Shown here: piece by piece, positions 53,873 to 64,000 of the stretch
Layout of the letters: every line of letters starts with the position of its first letter
Position numbering within the stretch: the first letter of the stretch is position 1
Assembly (NCBI RefSeq): GCF_006345805.1
Contig: NC_043009.1
Span: 22,134,001 to 22,198,000, forward strand
Source of the DNA: Octopus sinensis
Taxonomy: Eukaryota
Direction: 5' to 3'
DNA: 64,000 nt
The notes under the pieces: generated by a model
What the model was told of the DNA's origin: nothing
The model's database searches: none
What the model saw: the letters and a program-made list of their open reading frames with translations, nothing else
Translations under genes and position numbers: made by a program

Positions 53873-54048
53873 TCGAAAAATACCTTAGGAATGAGAACCC
53901 AGGTTCGAAATTCCCCCAAGACACCTTATGAAGGCTGGAGGGTATATCAGCTGAAACGTTCTGTTAACAAAAAACAAGATGAGGACAAATATCCGTCAAA
54001 TGTAAGTAATGTAAATAATTCCTCATCTCTTAAATATAGAACTGAATA
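53764..54048 (+). mobile_element. tRNA-headed SINE-like element with hammerhead-like tail
   Basis: A box ggtgtagtggt, B box gagttcgattcc, (AAT)n, then gacac CTTATGA a ggctg...cagct GAAA cg TT ctgtt (53920-53965). Confidence 0.65.
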
Positions 54049-54116
54049 AACTAATACAAAAGTGCATCAAAACATATATATCAATTTAAACTCCTATGTA
54101 TATATGCACATGAATG

Positions 54117-54188
54117 GGTCTCATGGTGTAATGGTTGGCACTCTGGACTTTGAATCCAGCGATCCAGGTTCAAATCTCGGTGAGACTT
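54117..54188 (+). tRNA. tRNA-Gln(TTG), variant or pseudogene
   Basis: GGTCTCATGGTGTAATGGTTGGCACTCTGGACTTTGAATCCAGCGATCCAGGTTCAAATCTCGGTGAGACTT. Anticodon arm CTGGA-CTTTGAA-TCCAG is intact; A-C mismatch in the T stem; T5 run about 15 nt downstream. Confidence 0.85.
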
Positions 54189-54552
54189 TGGTGCTTTATT
54201 TAATTTTTAGGTGCAGGCATGGCTGTATGGTAAAAAGCTTGCTTCCTAACAACATGGTTCCAGGCTCAATCCCATTGTGTGGCACCTTGGGCAAGTGTCT
54301 TCTACTATAGCCTCAGGCTGACCAAAACCTTGTGAGTGGATTTGTGAGATGGAAACTGAAAGAAGCCTATTATATGTATGTTTATGTTTTTCACTGTTTG
54401 ATTTGCCTAATAGTGGTTTTATCTCTAATTTAATTTATATTTATATTATAAAATTAGATTTAATCCTAAATCTAATTTTTCCCTGTAAGTTTGGATTTAC
54501 TCCCTAATATTATTATTATTATATTTATTTTTATATATATATATATATATAT

Positions 54553-55063
54553 AAAATAATAGTTAACGCCATACTAATATGGCATTCTTATAAAAATAAG
54601 AATAAAGCTGTCCGCTTATTAGCTCCATGAGGCCATCGCCTTAAGTTAGCTATTTGATACACAAACTGTATCCATATAACCTTCGAACAAGGGAGGTCAG
54701 TCGCTCCACACTACTTGACCGGCAGCTACAGACGCGTTTCGGGGTATTGCCCCTTTTCAATGCAGCGTAGCCAGCCAGTAGGTGTCGCTTCCGACAATCT
54801 CTGTTCGATGGTTTTATTTACCTAGTTTCGGTGGAATACATCCACTTGTTTTCAATAATAGAAATATTAAAATTACTAAGTCTCTCTAAAAGAGAACAGC
54901 GGCAGCGTTCCCTGAAAATAATAGTTATCGCCATACTAATATGGCATTCTTATAAAAATAAGAATAAAGATGTCCGCTTATTAGCTCCATGAGGCCATCG
55001 CCTTAAGTTAGCTATTTGATACACAAACTGTATCCATATAACCTTCGAACAGTTTGTGTATCA
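54553..55063 (-). mobile_element. Retrozyme-like / Penelope pLTR-like unit: 362-bp monomer with 137-bp terminal redundancy
   Basis: 54553-54689 repeats at 54915-55051. One HHR per unit. A 14-bp fold-back at 55050-55063 and (TA)n at the other end. Confidence 0.8.
54725..54766 (-). ncRNA. Intact minimal type I hammerhead ribozyme, U3-A8 core
   Basis: On - strand: gctgca TTGAAAA gggg caata cccc GAAA cgcg TC tgtagc. Confidence 0.85.
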
Positions 55064-55384
55064 TCTAGCCATAGAAACCATGCTGAAGTAGACAGAACTC
55101 AATGCAGTCATTGGATGCATCAGATGTTGTCAAACTATTGAACCCATGTCCGTATGGAACATGGACAGTAAATAATGATGGTACACTTTTAATATATGTA
55201 CAGAGTATTTTGCCAAATATAGAAGCAGTATATTAACTTGTATATACCCACCTATCACATCATGTGCAGACAAGTACCATCAGTTACTTGTCTCCAGAAT
55301 TCCATCTTGTACATCGCTCTTGGTAGGTTGTTCTTCAGTTGGCCAGAATCTTCAACCAGTTTGTCAAGAAGTGTCCTGGCAGTT

Positions 55385-55965
55385 ACGTATTTTATTTTTT
55401 ATTTCACCTAGTTTCAGCTCACGAGCTGTGGCCATACTGGGGCACTGCCATTTGGTGTTGCTACATAATTTTACTTCAGGAATGCTTTTTAGCAATTTAC
55501 ATTTGGTGCATAAGAGAGTTTCATGTAGCTGCCCTCATCTGCACCACCTGCCGCGAAGTTGGTTCATCTGGGACACCTGACAGGAAGAGGTCCAGCTTTA
55601 TTTTGAAGACACCTACATCCACCCCATGCAGGTCTCTCAGGTCCTTCGGGAGGATATTGAAGAGCTGTGGACCTCTGAAGCCCAGGCTATCACAGTATCT
55701 TGTCCTACATCTTGATGGCAAATTTGGAGTCCTTGGCACTATGCAGTGGCACCCAGTTCTAGTATTTGTGTAACTCTTGATGCCAAAGTTTCAGACAAGT
55801 CCTTCCAGGATCTTCCAGATGTATATTATGGCATATCTTTCTCACCTACGCTCTAAGGAATAGTCTTAATCTCTTGAGTCTTTCCCAATAGCTTATATGC
55901 TGCATAGAGGCTATCTTCTTTGTGTAGCTTCGTTGGATTGCCTCAAGTTCTGAGATTAATTTGAC
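55385..55965 (-). mobile_element. CR1-group LINE 3' fragment
   Basis: RGPQLFNILPKDLRDLHGVDVGVFKIKLDLFLSGVPDEP, plus an upstream LERR..RYAIIYIWKIL-like stretch. Confidence 0.75.
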
Positions 55966-56052
55966 ACCATATTTTAACATGTATATACACAATACTTTAA
56001 CAAGTATATACACTGTATTTTAATAAATGTATATTCTAAATTGTAATACATA

Positions 56053-56266
56053 TACTAGTGGGTGCTGAAAAGTACCTAGCTTTGTGAAAAAGAAAATACA
56101 GGAGTTAATTATGATTTTATTCAACATGTACCCTCTCAGATCCACACACTTATTGCAGCAGTCCTTCAGTTTTTCTAAGCCCTGTGAAAGAACTTGGAAG
56201 GTTGGGCCTCCAACCAGGCCTTTTGCTATACCCTTAAAGCCAGGAACTTTCTAACACCCCCTTGTA
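56053..56266. mobile_element. Mariner-type MITE inside a degenerate AT-rich minisatellite (55966-56410)
   Basis: Ends tactagtgggtgctgaaaagtacctagcttt / aaagccaggaactttctaacacccccttgta. Confidence 0.7.
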
Positions 56267-56410
56267 TATTCTATATTTTAACAAGTATATATACTCTATT
56301 TCAACAAGTGTATATATACACAATATTTTAACTGTATAAACACTGTAATTTTAACAAGTATATACACTGTATTTGAAGAAGTGTATACACAGTGTTTTAA
56401 CAAGTATATA

Positions 56411-56790
56411 CTCTTTTACTTGTTTCAGTCATGCTGGAGCACCACCTTTAGTCAAGCAAATCGACTCCAGGACTTATTCTTTGTAAGCCTAGTACTTATT
56501 CTATCGGTCTCTTTTGCCGAACCTCTAAGTTACGGGGACGTAAACACACCAGCATCGGTTGTCAAGCGATGTTGGGGGGGGGGAGACACACAAACACATA
56601 CACACACATACATATATAAATATATATATGTATGTATATATATATATATATATATATATACATACATACGTTAGGCTTCTTTCAGTTTCTGTCTACCAAA
56701 TCCACTCACAAGGCTTTGGTTGGCCCGAGGCTATAGTAGAAGACACTTGCCCAAGGTGCCACATAGTGAGTCTGAACCCACTCCTGCGCC
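56411..56790 (-). mobile_element. SINE family A
   Basis: Matches other copies. Confidence 0.8.
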
Positions 56791-58299
56791 ACATATATAT
56801 ATATACATATTAAATTGGAAAATCTTTGTAGTTACACTATTGATTGATCCACAGAGCAGAAGTTGATATAAACATTAATTAAATTTTTTAACAATTTGCT
56901 TGACTCCAAATCTTTGATTTTGGGTAGAAAAGCTAATTCACCTAGTGTTGTTTAATTGATATAACATGTATTTTTGTTCTAATAATAGCAATGTTTGTGC
57001 AGAATGACTCGAGCAATTCTTCAATCTATAATTAATGTCTTCTAATTGTGTCTTAATGCATTGTCAGAGATGAATTTAGAATCGGATTGCATTCTAAAAA
57101 TATAGGTTAAATATTTGGATTTACAGAATGAAAAATGTGCTTCGGCATTATTGTTTTGGATACCTTTCTGAATAACCAGCCTCATCCAATTTGTTGTTGC
57201 TTGATGTAACTAATCAGATGTTAGAAATCTGATTTGACTGATTTTAAAATGGTTTGCCTGAATTTAGTCTTGGAGCTGTTCTTTACATACCATTATAAAG
57301 AGATGAATTGGGTTGGGTTACGACAGGTGAAGGCTGGTAGGTTGGATCTAAACCATCTAGTTTGCTGTTCAATATATTTTCATATATCTGGAAGTTTTAG
57401 TTAAGATTTTAAACTAAAGTTGCTAAGCAGGGCTTGGTGTCCATATAGAAGCCTTGTTTTTCTTTTCTTTTCTGACTTGAATCAGTCATCAGACTGCTGC
57501 CATGCTGGGGCATCGCCTTGATGAAATTTTAATCAAATGAATTGAACCCAGTACTTACAAATTTTTTAAAGCCTGGTACTTATTCTGTTAGTCTCTTTTG
57601 CTGACCCACTAAGTTATGGGGATGTAAACAAGCCAACACAAGCCAATACTCTTTACTCCCTTTACTTGTTTCAGTCATTTTGACTGTGGCCATGCTGGAG
57701 CACCGCCTTTAGTCAAGCAAATCGACCCCAGGACTTATTCTTTGTAAGCCTAGTACTTATTCTATCGGTCTCTTTTGCCAAACTGCTAAGATACGGGGAC
57801 ATAAACACACCAGCATCAGTTGTCAAGCGATGTTGGGAGGACAAACACACACACATATGGGATAGTGTATTGCTGAGGCTCAATGCTCAAAAGGTGCTTC
57901 TTACGTGCCACCAGCATGGGTGCCAATTATGTGACACCAAGCATCGGCCATGACTATGATTTCACTTGGCTTAACAGGGAGTTGCCAAATACAGATCAAG
58001 TTTGTTTTGCTCACTTTTAATTGATCTCACCACATAAACGATTCACTTGTAATGAAAGCATGCTATAATGCAACTTGATGCATTATGTTTAAACAGACAC
58101 GTCTTATTGCACTCTTCACAAATAAACAACACTGATAGTGTCTGAGCAAAATGACCGAAGCATGACATATAAAGAGTGCAGGACTTATTTGGTAATTCCA
58201 AATGTATGCTTTAGGTCTCATCAACAAAAAATTTGAAACTACTATTGGCAGACTAAATGCTTCTTGTTTATCTTTCCCATCTAAGCTGTAAAAGAAATA

Positions 58300-58515
58300 A
58301 TCTTTTCTGTTATAGGCACAAGGCCTGAAATTTTGGGGGAAGGGGTAAGTCGATCGCATCGACCCCAGTACTCAACAGGTTCTTAATCTATTGACCTCGA
58401 AAGAATGAAAGGCAAAGTCAACCTCAGCGGGATTTGAACTCAGAACGCAGCGGCAGACGAAACACCGCTAAGCATTTCGCCTGACATGCTAATGATTCTG
58501 TCAGCTCACTGCCTT
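58300..58515 (-). mobile_element. SINE family C
   Basis: Family consensus on - strand: gtgagctggcagaatc...ttctgagttcaaat...gactttgcctttcat. Copies at 4440-4630, 23117-23520, 30250-30480, 47750-47910 and 58780-58950. Confidence 0.75.
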
Positions 58516-59019
58516 GTAAAAGGAATAATAAAATCATCCACACACATATGAAAACAAACTGGAGAGCAGCCTGTTGGAATAGACCCAAATTTGTTACATT
58601 GCACTCAAAACATCTATAATGGTTGTATGATGGGATATGTGCAACATGATCCCAGAAAAGACTAGAGTATAATATGTTGAAGGTTTTCGGAACACGAGAG
58701 TGAAGGAATGTGATCTAGTGGTTAGGGTGCTTCACTTATGATTGCAAGATCATGGTTTCATATTTCTTGATTGCCCACATGGGGCTAAACATAGAGAGGA
58801 CAAACAAGAACAGACAAAGGGATTAAATCGATTACATCGCCCCCAGTGCGTCACTGATACTTTATTTATCGACCCCAAAAGGATGAAAGGCAAAGTCAAC
58901 CTTGGTGGAATTTGAACTCAGAACGTAACGTTTCTCCCAGCTTGCCGCAAGATCATGGTTTCAATTCCTGGACTGGGTGGTGTGTTGTATCTTTGAGCAA
59001 TACATATATACACATATAT

Positions 59020-59559
59020 AAGATGGGCTTCTTTCAGTTTCTATCTACCAAATCCACTCACAAGACTTTGGTCGGCCCGAGGCTATAGTAGAAAACACTT
59101 GCCCAAAGTGCCACGCAGTGGGACTGAACCCAGAACCATGTGGTTGGTAAGCAAGCTACTTACCACACAGCCACTCCTGTGCTGTGATGGGGAACAAACC
59201 ACAGACACACACACACACACATGACAGACTTCTTTCAGTTTCCATCTACCAAACCCTCTCACAATTCTTTGGTTAGCCCAAGGCTATAGTAGAAGATGCT
59301 TACCCAAGGTAACTCACACCTCACACAGTGGAACTGAACCAGGATCATGTGGTTGGGAAGCAAACTTATTACCATACAGCCATGCCTGTGCTATTGAGTG
59401 GCTGTGTGGTAAGTAGCTTGCTAACCAACCACATGGTTCTGGGTTCAGTCCCACTGTGTGGCACCTTGGGCAAGTGTCTTCTGCTATAGCCCCGGGCCGA
59501 CCAATGCCTTGTGAGTGGATTTGGTAGACGGAAACTGAAAGAAGCCTGTCGTATATATG

Positions 59560-59608
<49 letters not shown>

Positions 59609-59810
59609 ATATATATATGTATGTATGTGTGTGTGTTTGTGTGCTGGTGTGTTTACATCCCCGTCACTTAGCGGTTCGGCAAAAAGAGACCGATAGAATA
59701 AGTACTGGGCTTACAAAGAATAAGTCCCGAGGTCGATTTGCTCGACTAAAGGCGGTGCTCCAGCATGGCCGCAGTCAAATGACTGAAACAAGTAAAAGAA
59801 AGAAAAGAAA

Positions 59811-59812
<2 letters not shown>
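59020..59812. mobile_element. Head-to-head SINE family A cluster
   Basis: - strand heads at 59020-59180 and 59222-59390; full + copy at 59397-59812. Confidence 0.85.
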
Positions 59813-59853
<41 letters not shown>

Positions 59854-59887
59854 CATACATACATACATACATACATACATACATACA

Positions 59888-59918
<31 letters not shown>

Positions 59919-61276
59919 GTGTGTGTGTGTGTATGTGTATATATATCATCATCATCATTTAATGTCTGTTTTCCATGCTGGCATGTGTTTTATACATGGT
60001 CTGATCGATAAGTATCAGGACTGTTGCCATAGCAACGAAGCTAAAGTATGCCAAGTGAAGCTGCTTGGCACAGATTGACCTTAAACTCTGCTGTGAATGG
60101 ACACTAAGTTTTAACATTCTAGCTCACTTCTGCTGAAAACTGACAACACTGCCTGTATGATAGTGATGCTCATTTACAGCTATTACATGATTTTAAGAGA
60201 AGGCCACACACACAATATTCTTTCTTAATCGAAGACAGCAAGGTGTGATTTGAAGGATATTTAGCTGCTGTTACTAGTAGGTCGAGCAAGTATTTATAAC
60301 TCCAATGTAGTGATGCTAATATTGGTGTTGAAGACAAGAATCAAAATATTCATTAATTTAATTACTCAGAGAACCATCACATGCAAATAAACTTCAAGTG
60401 TGCTTCATTAAATTGGAAAATATACAATTGAACAATTTTCAATAATTTCAAAAATTCTTCGCTTTAATGAGATCTACCTAGACGTAACTAAATGTCAAGG
60501 CCTGCTATTGTTGCTGCTGCTTGGCCACGACCACCTCATTACTGTCAACAATAATGCTACAGCAGTCATCACCACTAATACCATCGCTATCAGTACCATT
60601 TCCATGGCCACTGCCATTGCCACCACCGCCACTAATAGCATTGCCATCACCACTGCCACCGTCACTATCTCCACCACCACTGTGTAAACAACACTACATC
60701 CTTACCATTAACTATATACCATTTCCATAACTGCCTGCCTCTTCTACTCCTACCACTACCACCAGACACATCCCTCCTCCTACCGGCCCTTCTATGCTTA
60801 TTGTTCATCTTGTTAGAAATAGCAGCCAAGTGTCCCTGTCTAATCAATGTGTAGATAACAGATGTGGTGGCCATGGCTGGAATTTCTTTGGTCATCATAG
60901 GCTTATTCAGTCAGGGCTGAGTTGGCAGGGGTTAAAATACATGATCATCACATTGCCAACATCACTGTCACCGCCAACACCACCATCTTCATATCAACTA
61001 CCACCACCTCCAGAATCACATCTTTCAACAACTACTACCACCACCACTGTCATCTTCATACCAACTATCACCATCATCACCATCCCATCCATCACCACCA
61101 CCACTATCTCATCCACCACCATAATTGTTGTTTGAAATTCAAAATCAAATTTCAGGATGAGCAGGCTGTATTTTTATACCCAGTTAACATTTCTTAAAAC
61201 TAACAATTTTAGTGTTTAATTAACTGTACTAATGACATGTTTAGCTTACCACAATACATAGACAAGGCACAGAGAG

Positions 61277-61314
<38 letters not shown>

Positions 61315-61892
61315 GGAGGACAGAGAGACTGTGTGCAATCCTTCTTCCTCTCCTCATATTACTCCTCCTCCGACACCGCCACTGTTGCTGACATCACAAC
61401 AGCAAGAGAGTCGCCATGCATCCTGCAATTAGCGATTGTGGGTACCGAAGACAATGATGTGATGATTATAGTGATGGTGGTTGTGATAAGGATGGTGGTG
61501 GTTGTGATGATGATGATGTTGATAGTGATGATGATACTGGTGATGAAGATGATGATAGTGTTGATGGTAGTGATTGCTTTCTTTCTTTCTTAATAATATC
61601 TTTTATTGGTTGCAAGGACCGAAGATTTTGGGGAAAGTACAAAGATAAGATACAAAAACAATATAAAAAAGACAGTAGGGGATGGGATTTATATTGAGTT
61701 AAGAGGCAGAATTAACAATATATTTAAAGAAGAACAACCTGTATTAGGAGATGTTGCTTGTCATTAATTTGAAAAGGGTTTGTTTTATATATCTTCGTTA
61801 ATTAACGACAAAACTAGTGATAGTGAACAATTTCTGTGTGCATGCATATATTCACAAATATACACATGCATGCACATATATATATGTGTGAG

Positions 61893-61936
<44 letters not shown>

Positions 61937-61937
<1 letters not shown>

Positions 61938-62265
61938 GTGCAGGAGTGGATGTAAGGTAAGAAGCTTGCTTTCCAACCACATGTTTCTGGGTTCAGTTCC
62001 ACTGCGTGGCACTGTAAGCAAGTGTTTTCTTCTATAGCCTTGCGCTGACCAAAGCCTTGTGAGTGGATTTGGTAGACAGAAACTGAAAGAAGTCCGTCAT
62101 GTGTATATGTGTATGACTTTGTTTTCTGTATTTGTCACCCCGTCACTGCTTGACAACTGGCATTGGTGTGTTTGTGTCCCCACCGTAACTTAACGGTGTG
62201 GCGAGGGAGTCCAATAGGACAAGTCATGGCAGTGCTCCAGCATGGCCGCAGTCAAACAACTGAAG
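61937..62265 (+). mobile_element. SINE family A
   Basis: Matches other copies. Confidence 0.8.
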
Positions 62266-62533
62266 CATACTGCTAGCAATTTCTTTACCTTCTTTGGACT
62301 TTCTCGCTCTCTCCTTTCTGATGCTGAGCTATGCTCAAAATGTCAAACTCTCTTTTCATCAAACATCAAGCTAATACATTCCTTGTGTCTATCCTCTTGT
62401 TTGTTATTTTCATTTGTTTATTTGATTTGACTACACACACAGATAGTTGAAATTTATAGAAAAACAAAAAACAAAGACAGGTGTATGAACAACAAGCTGG
62501 TGTATTAGTTTGGTGCTCGGAAAAATGGCTAAA

Positions 62534-62572
62534 TCTTTTACGTTTCGAGCCTACGCTCTTTCAACAGAAAGG
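62534..62572 (-). ncRNA. Hammerhead-like motif with A6U core
   Basis: On - strand: cttt CTGTTGA aa gagc gtag gctc GAAA cg TA aaag. Confidence 0.5.
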
Positions 62573-62682
62573 AATAAGAGAAATTAAACAGAGAAAAAAA
62601 AAACATACTGATCGAGCAGTCAAGCATGGTGAATGATTATATATATATAAAAGTTTGGATGTGTGGTGTTCAGTTACTCATT

Positions 62683-62958
62683 AAATGAAAAATCCATTAA
62701 AGAGGAAATGCCATACATTTTGGGTAAACACAGAAGGACCCTAATTCTACATCAGTTATCGACCGAAATAGCAATATACAGTTTCGTACCTTTCACAATC
62801 AGACTGAGAACCTCGAAGGTGCCGCCAATATGCGAAGTTCTATCTTATCATTAAAGGCATGAAACTGTGTCTTAGTATTTCTGTCAATAACTGATGAAGA
62901 ATTAGAGTCCTTCTATGTCTGTCCTATGTGTACATCTTTTAGTATTTAATGCATTTTT

Positions 62959-62963
<5 letters not shown>
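62683..62963. repeat. Imperfect fold-back element between (TA)n runs
   Basis: agaaggaccctaattctacatcagttatcgac...gtaccttt pairs with aaaggcat...gtcaataactgatgaagaattagagtccttct; the outer arms also pair. Confidence 0.75.
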
Positions 62964-63018
<55 letters not shown>

Positions 63019-63061
63019 TTGTGTGTGTATGTGTGTGTGTATATGTGTGTGTGTGTATATA

Positions 63062-63092
<31 letters not shown>

Positions 63093-64000
63093 GTGTGTAT
63101 ATATGTATAGTGAGTAGTTTTTGTATTGATTGAGATCCTTTTCATTACATACTATAGAAGTTGGGTGAAGTTTTGGTATGCATGTATGTATATATGCATG
63201 AACATTGTCCAACCCATACCAGCATGGAAAATGGGCATTAAATGATGGTAGAGTATGAATGTGTGGTTAAGAAACTGGTTTAGGTTTTGTCCTATTTTGC
63301 TGCATCTTGGGGACAGACATTTTCCACTTTAGTCCCAATATGAATAAAGCCCTATAAGTCAATTAGTTTGATGGAAGCTGAAAAACGTCCATAACATATG
63401 TATATAAACTGGAAGCTTAAAGACAAAGGGACCAGTTTTGACATCAAATGGCAAATCTTCTCAAATGTTCAGTATGTTCTCTTGAAAAACTGTATCTCTT
63501 AGCGAACTAGAGAACCTCTAAATGCATAAATTCCAGGAACGAGATTTTTTTCTGTATGTTTGCATTTCAAGAAATACATCTTGTCCGAAAATTAAAAGTA
63601 GATCATCTGACATTTAGTAAACCATTGTCTTATTTACATCTGCTTGATATTGAATTAGTGTACCATTGATTATCTCCCTTGTATTTTTCTTTTTGTCCTT
63701 CCCAGCATCTCTTTCTTTAACATCATCTGTTCAAAACACAACTGACAAACTATCTTGTTCTCGGCTTAAAAAATGGTGAACTAAATTATTATTTTGACCA
63801 CGAAACACTGGGTAGCTGTATGTAACAATATTTGTGATGTTTATAAGTATGAATGTGTATATATATATATATATATCTGTTTGTGTTTGTGTTGTCTTTG
63901 TGTGTACTCTTTTCTAGACATCACATGATAGTTATAAATGAGCATCAATATCATAGAAGCAAGGATGTTCATTTCCAATCTTCCATAAAATGTCTGGCCA

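Noticed and set aside
55966-56410. Spaced ttttaacaagtata repeats
   Set aside because: Degenerate AT-rich minisatellite, not a repeat-spacer array.

Overview
This is eukaryotic, repeat-saturated genomic DNA, AT-rich with many (TA)n, (CA)n and (CAT)n microsatellites. The repeat complement suggests an octopus or other coleoid cephalopod (inference). The only host gene seen is three phase-compatible + strand coding exons of Gemin5 (WD40 region; 5308-5504, 7026-7171, 9194-9362), plus a candidate in-frame, stop-containing exon at 26710-26795. The rest is intronic or intergenic: RTE- and CR1-type LINE fragments, three tRNA-derived SINE families, RTE-tail non-autonomous elements, mariner remnants and MITEs, TTAA MITEs, and one variant tRNA-Gln(TTG). 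The most unusual signal is about ten minimal type I hammerhead-ribozyme (HHR) motifs, read by eye, in small elements mostly abutting (TA)n. They occur in Penelope-like remnants, a 362-bp retrozyme-like tandem unit, fold-back palindromes and a tRNA-headed SINE. Together they show all four Watson-Crick versions of the core 3-8 base pair. Folds and family assignments were made manually; repeat boundaries are approximate.
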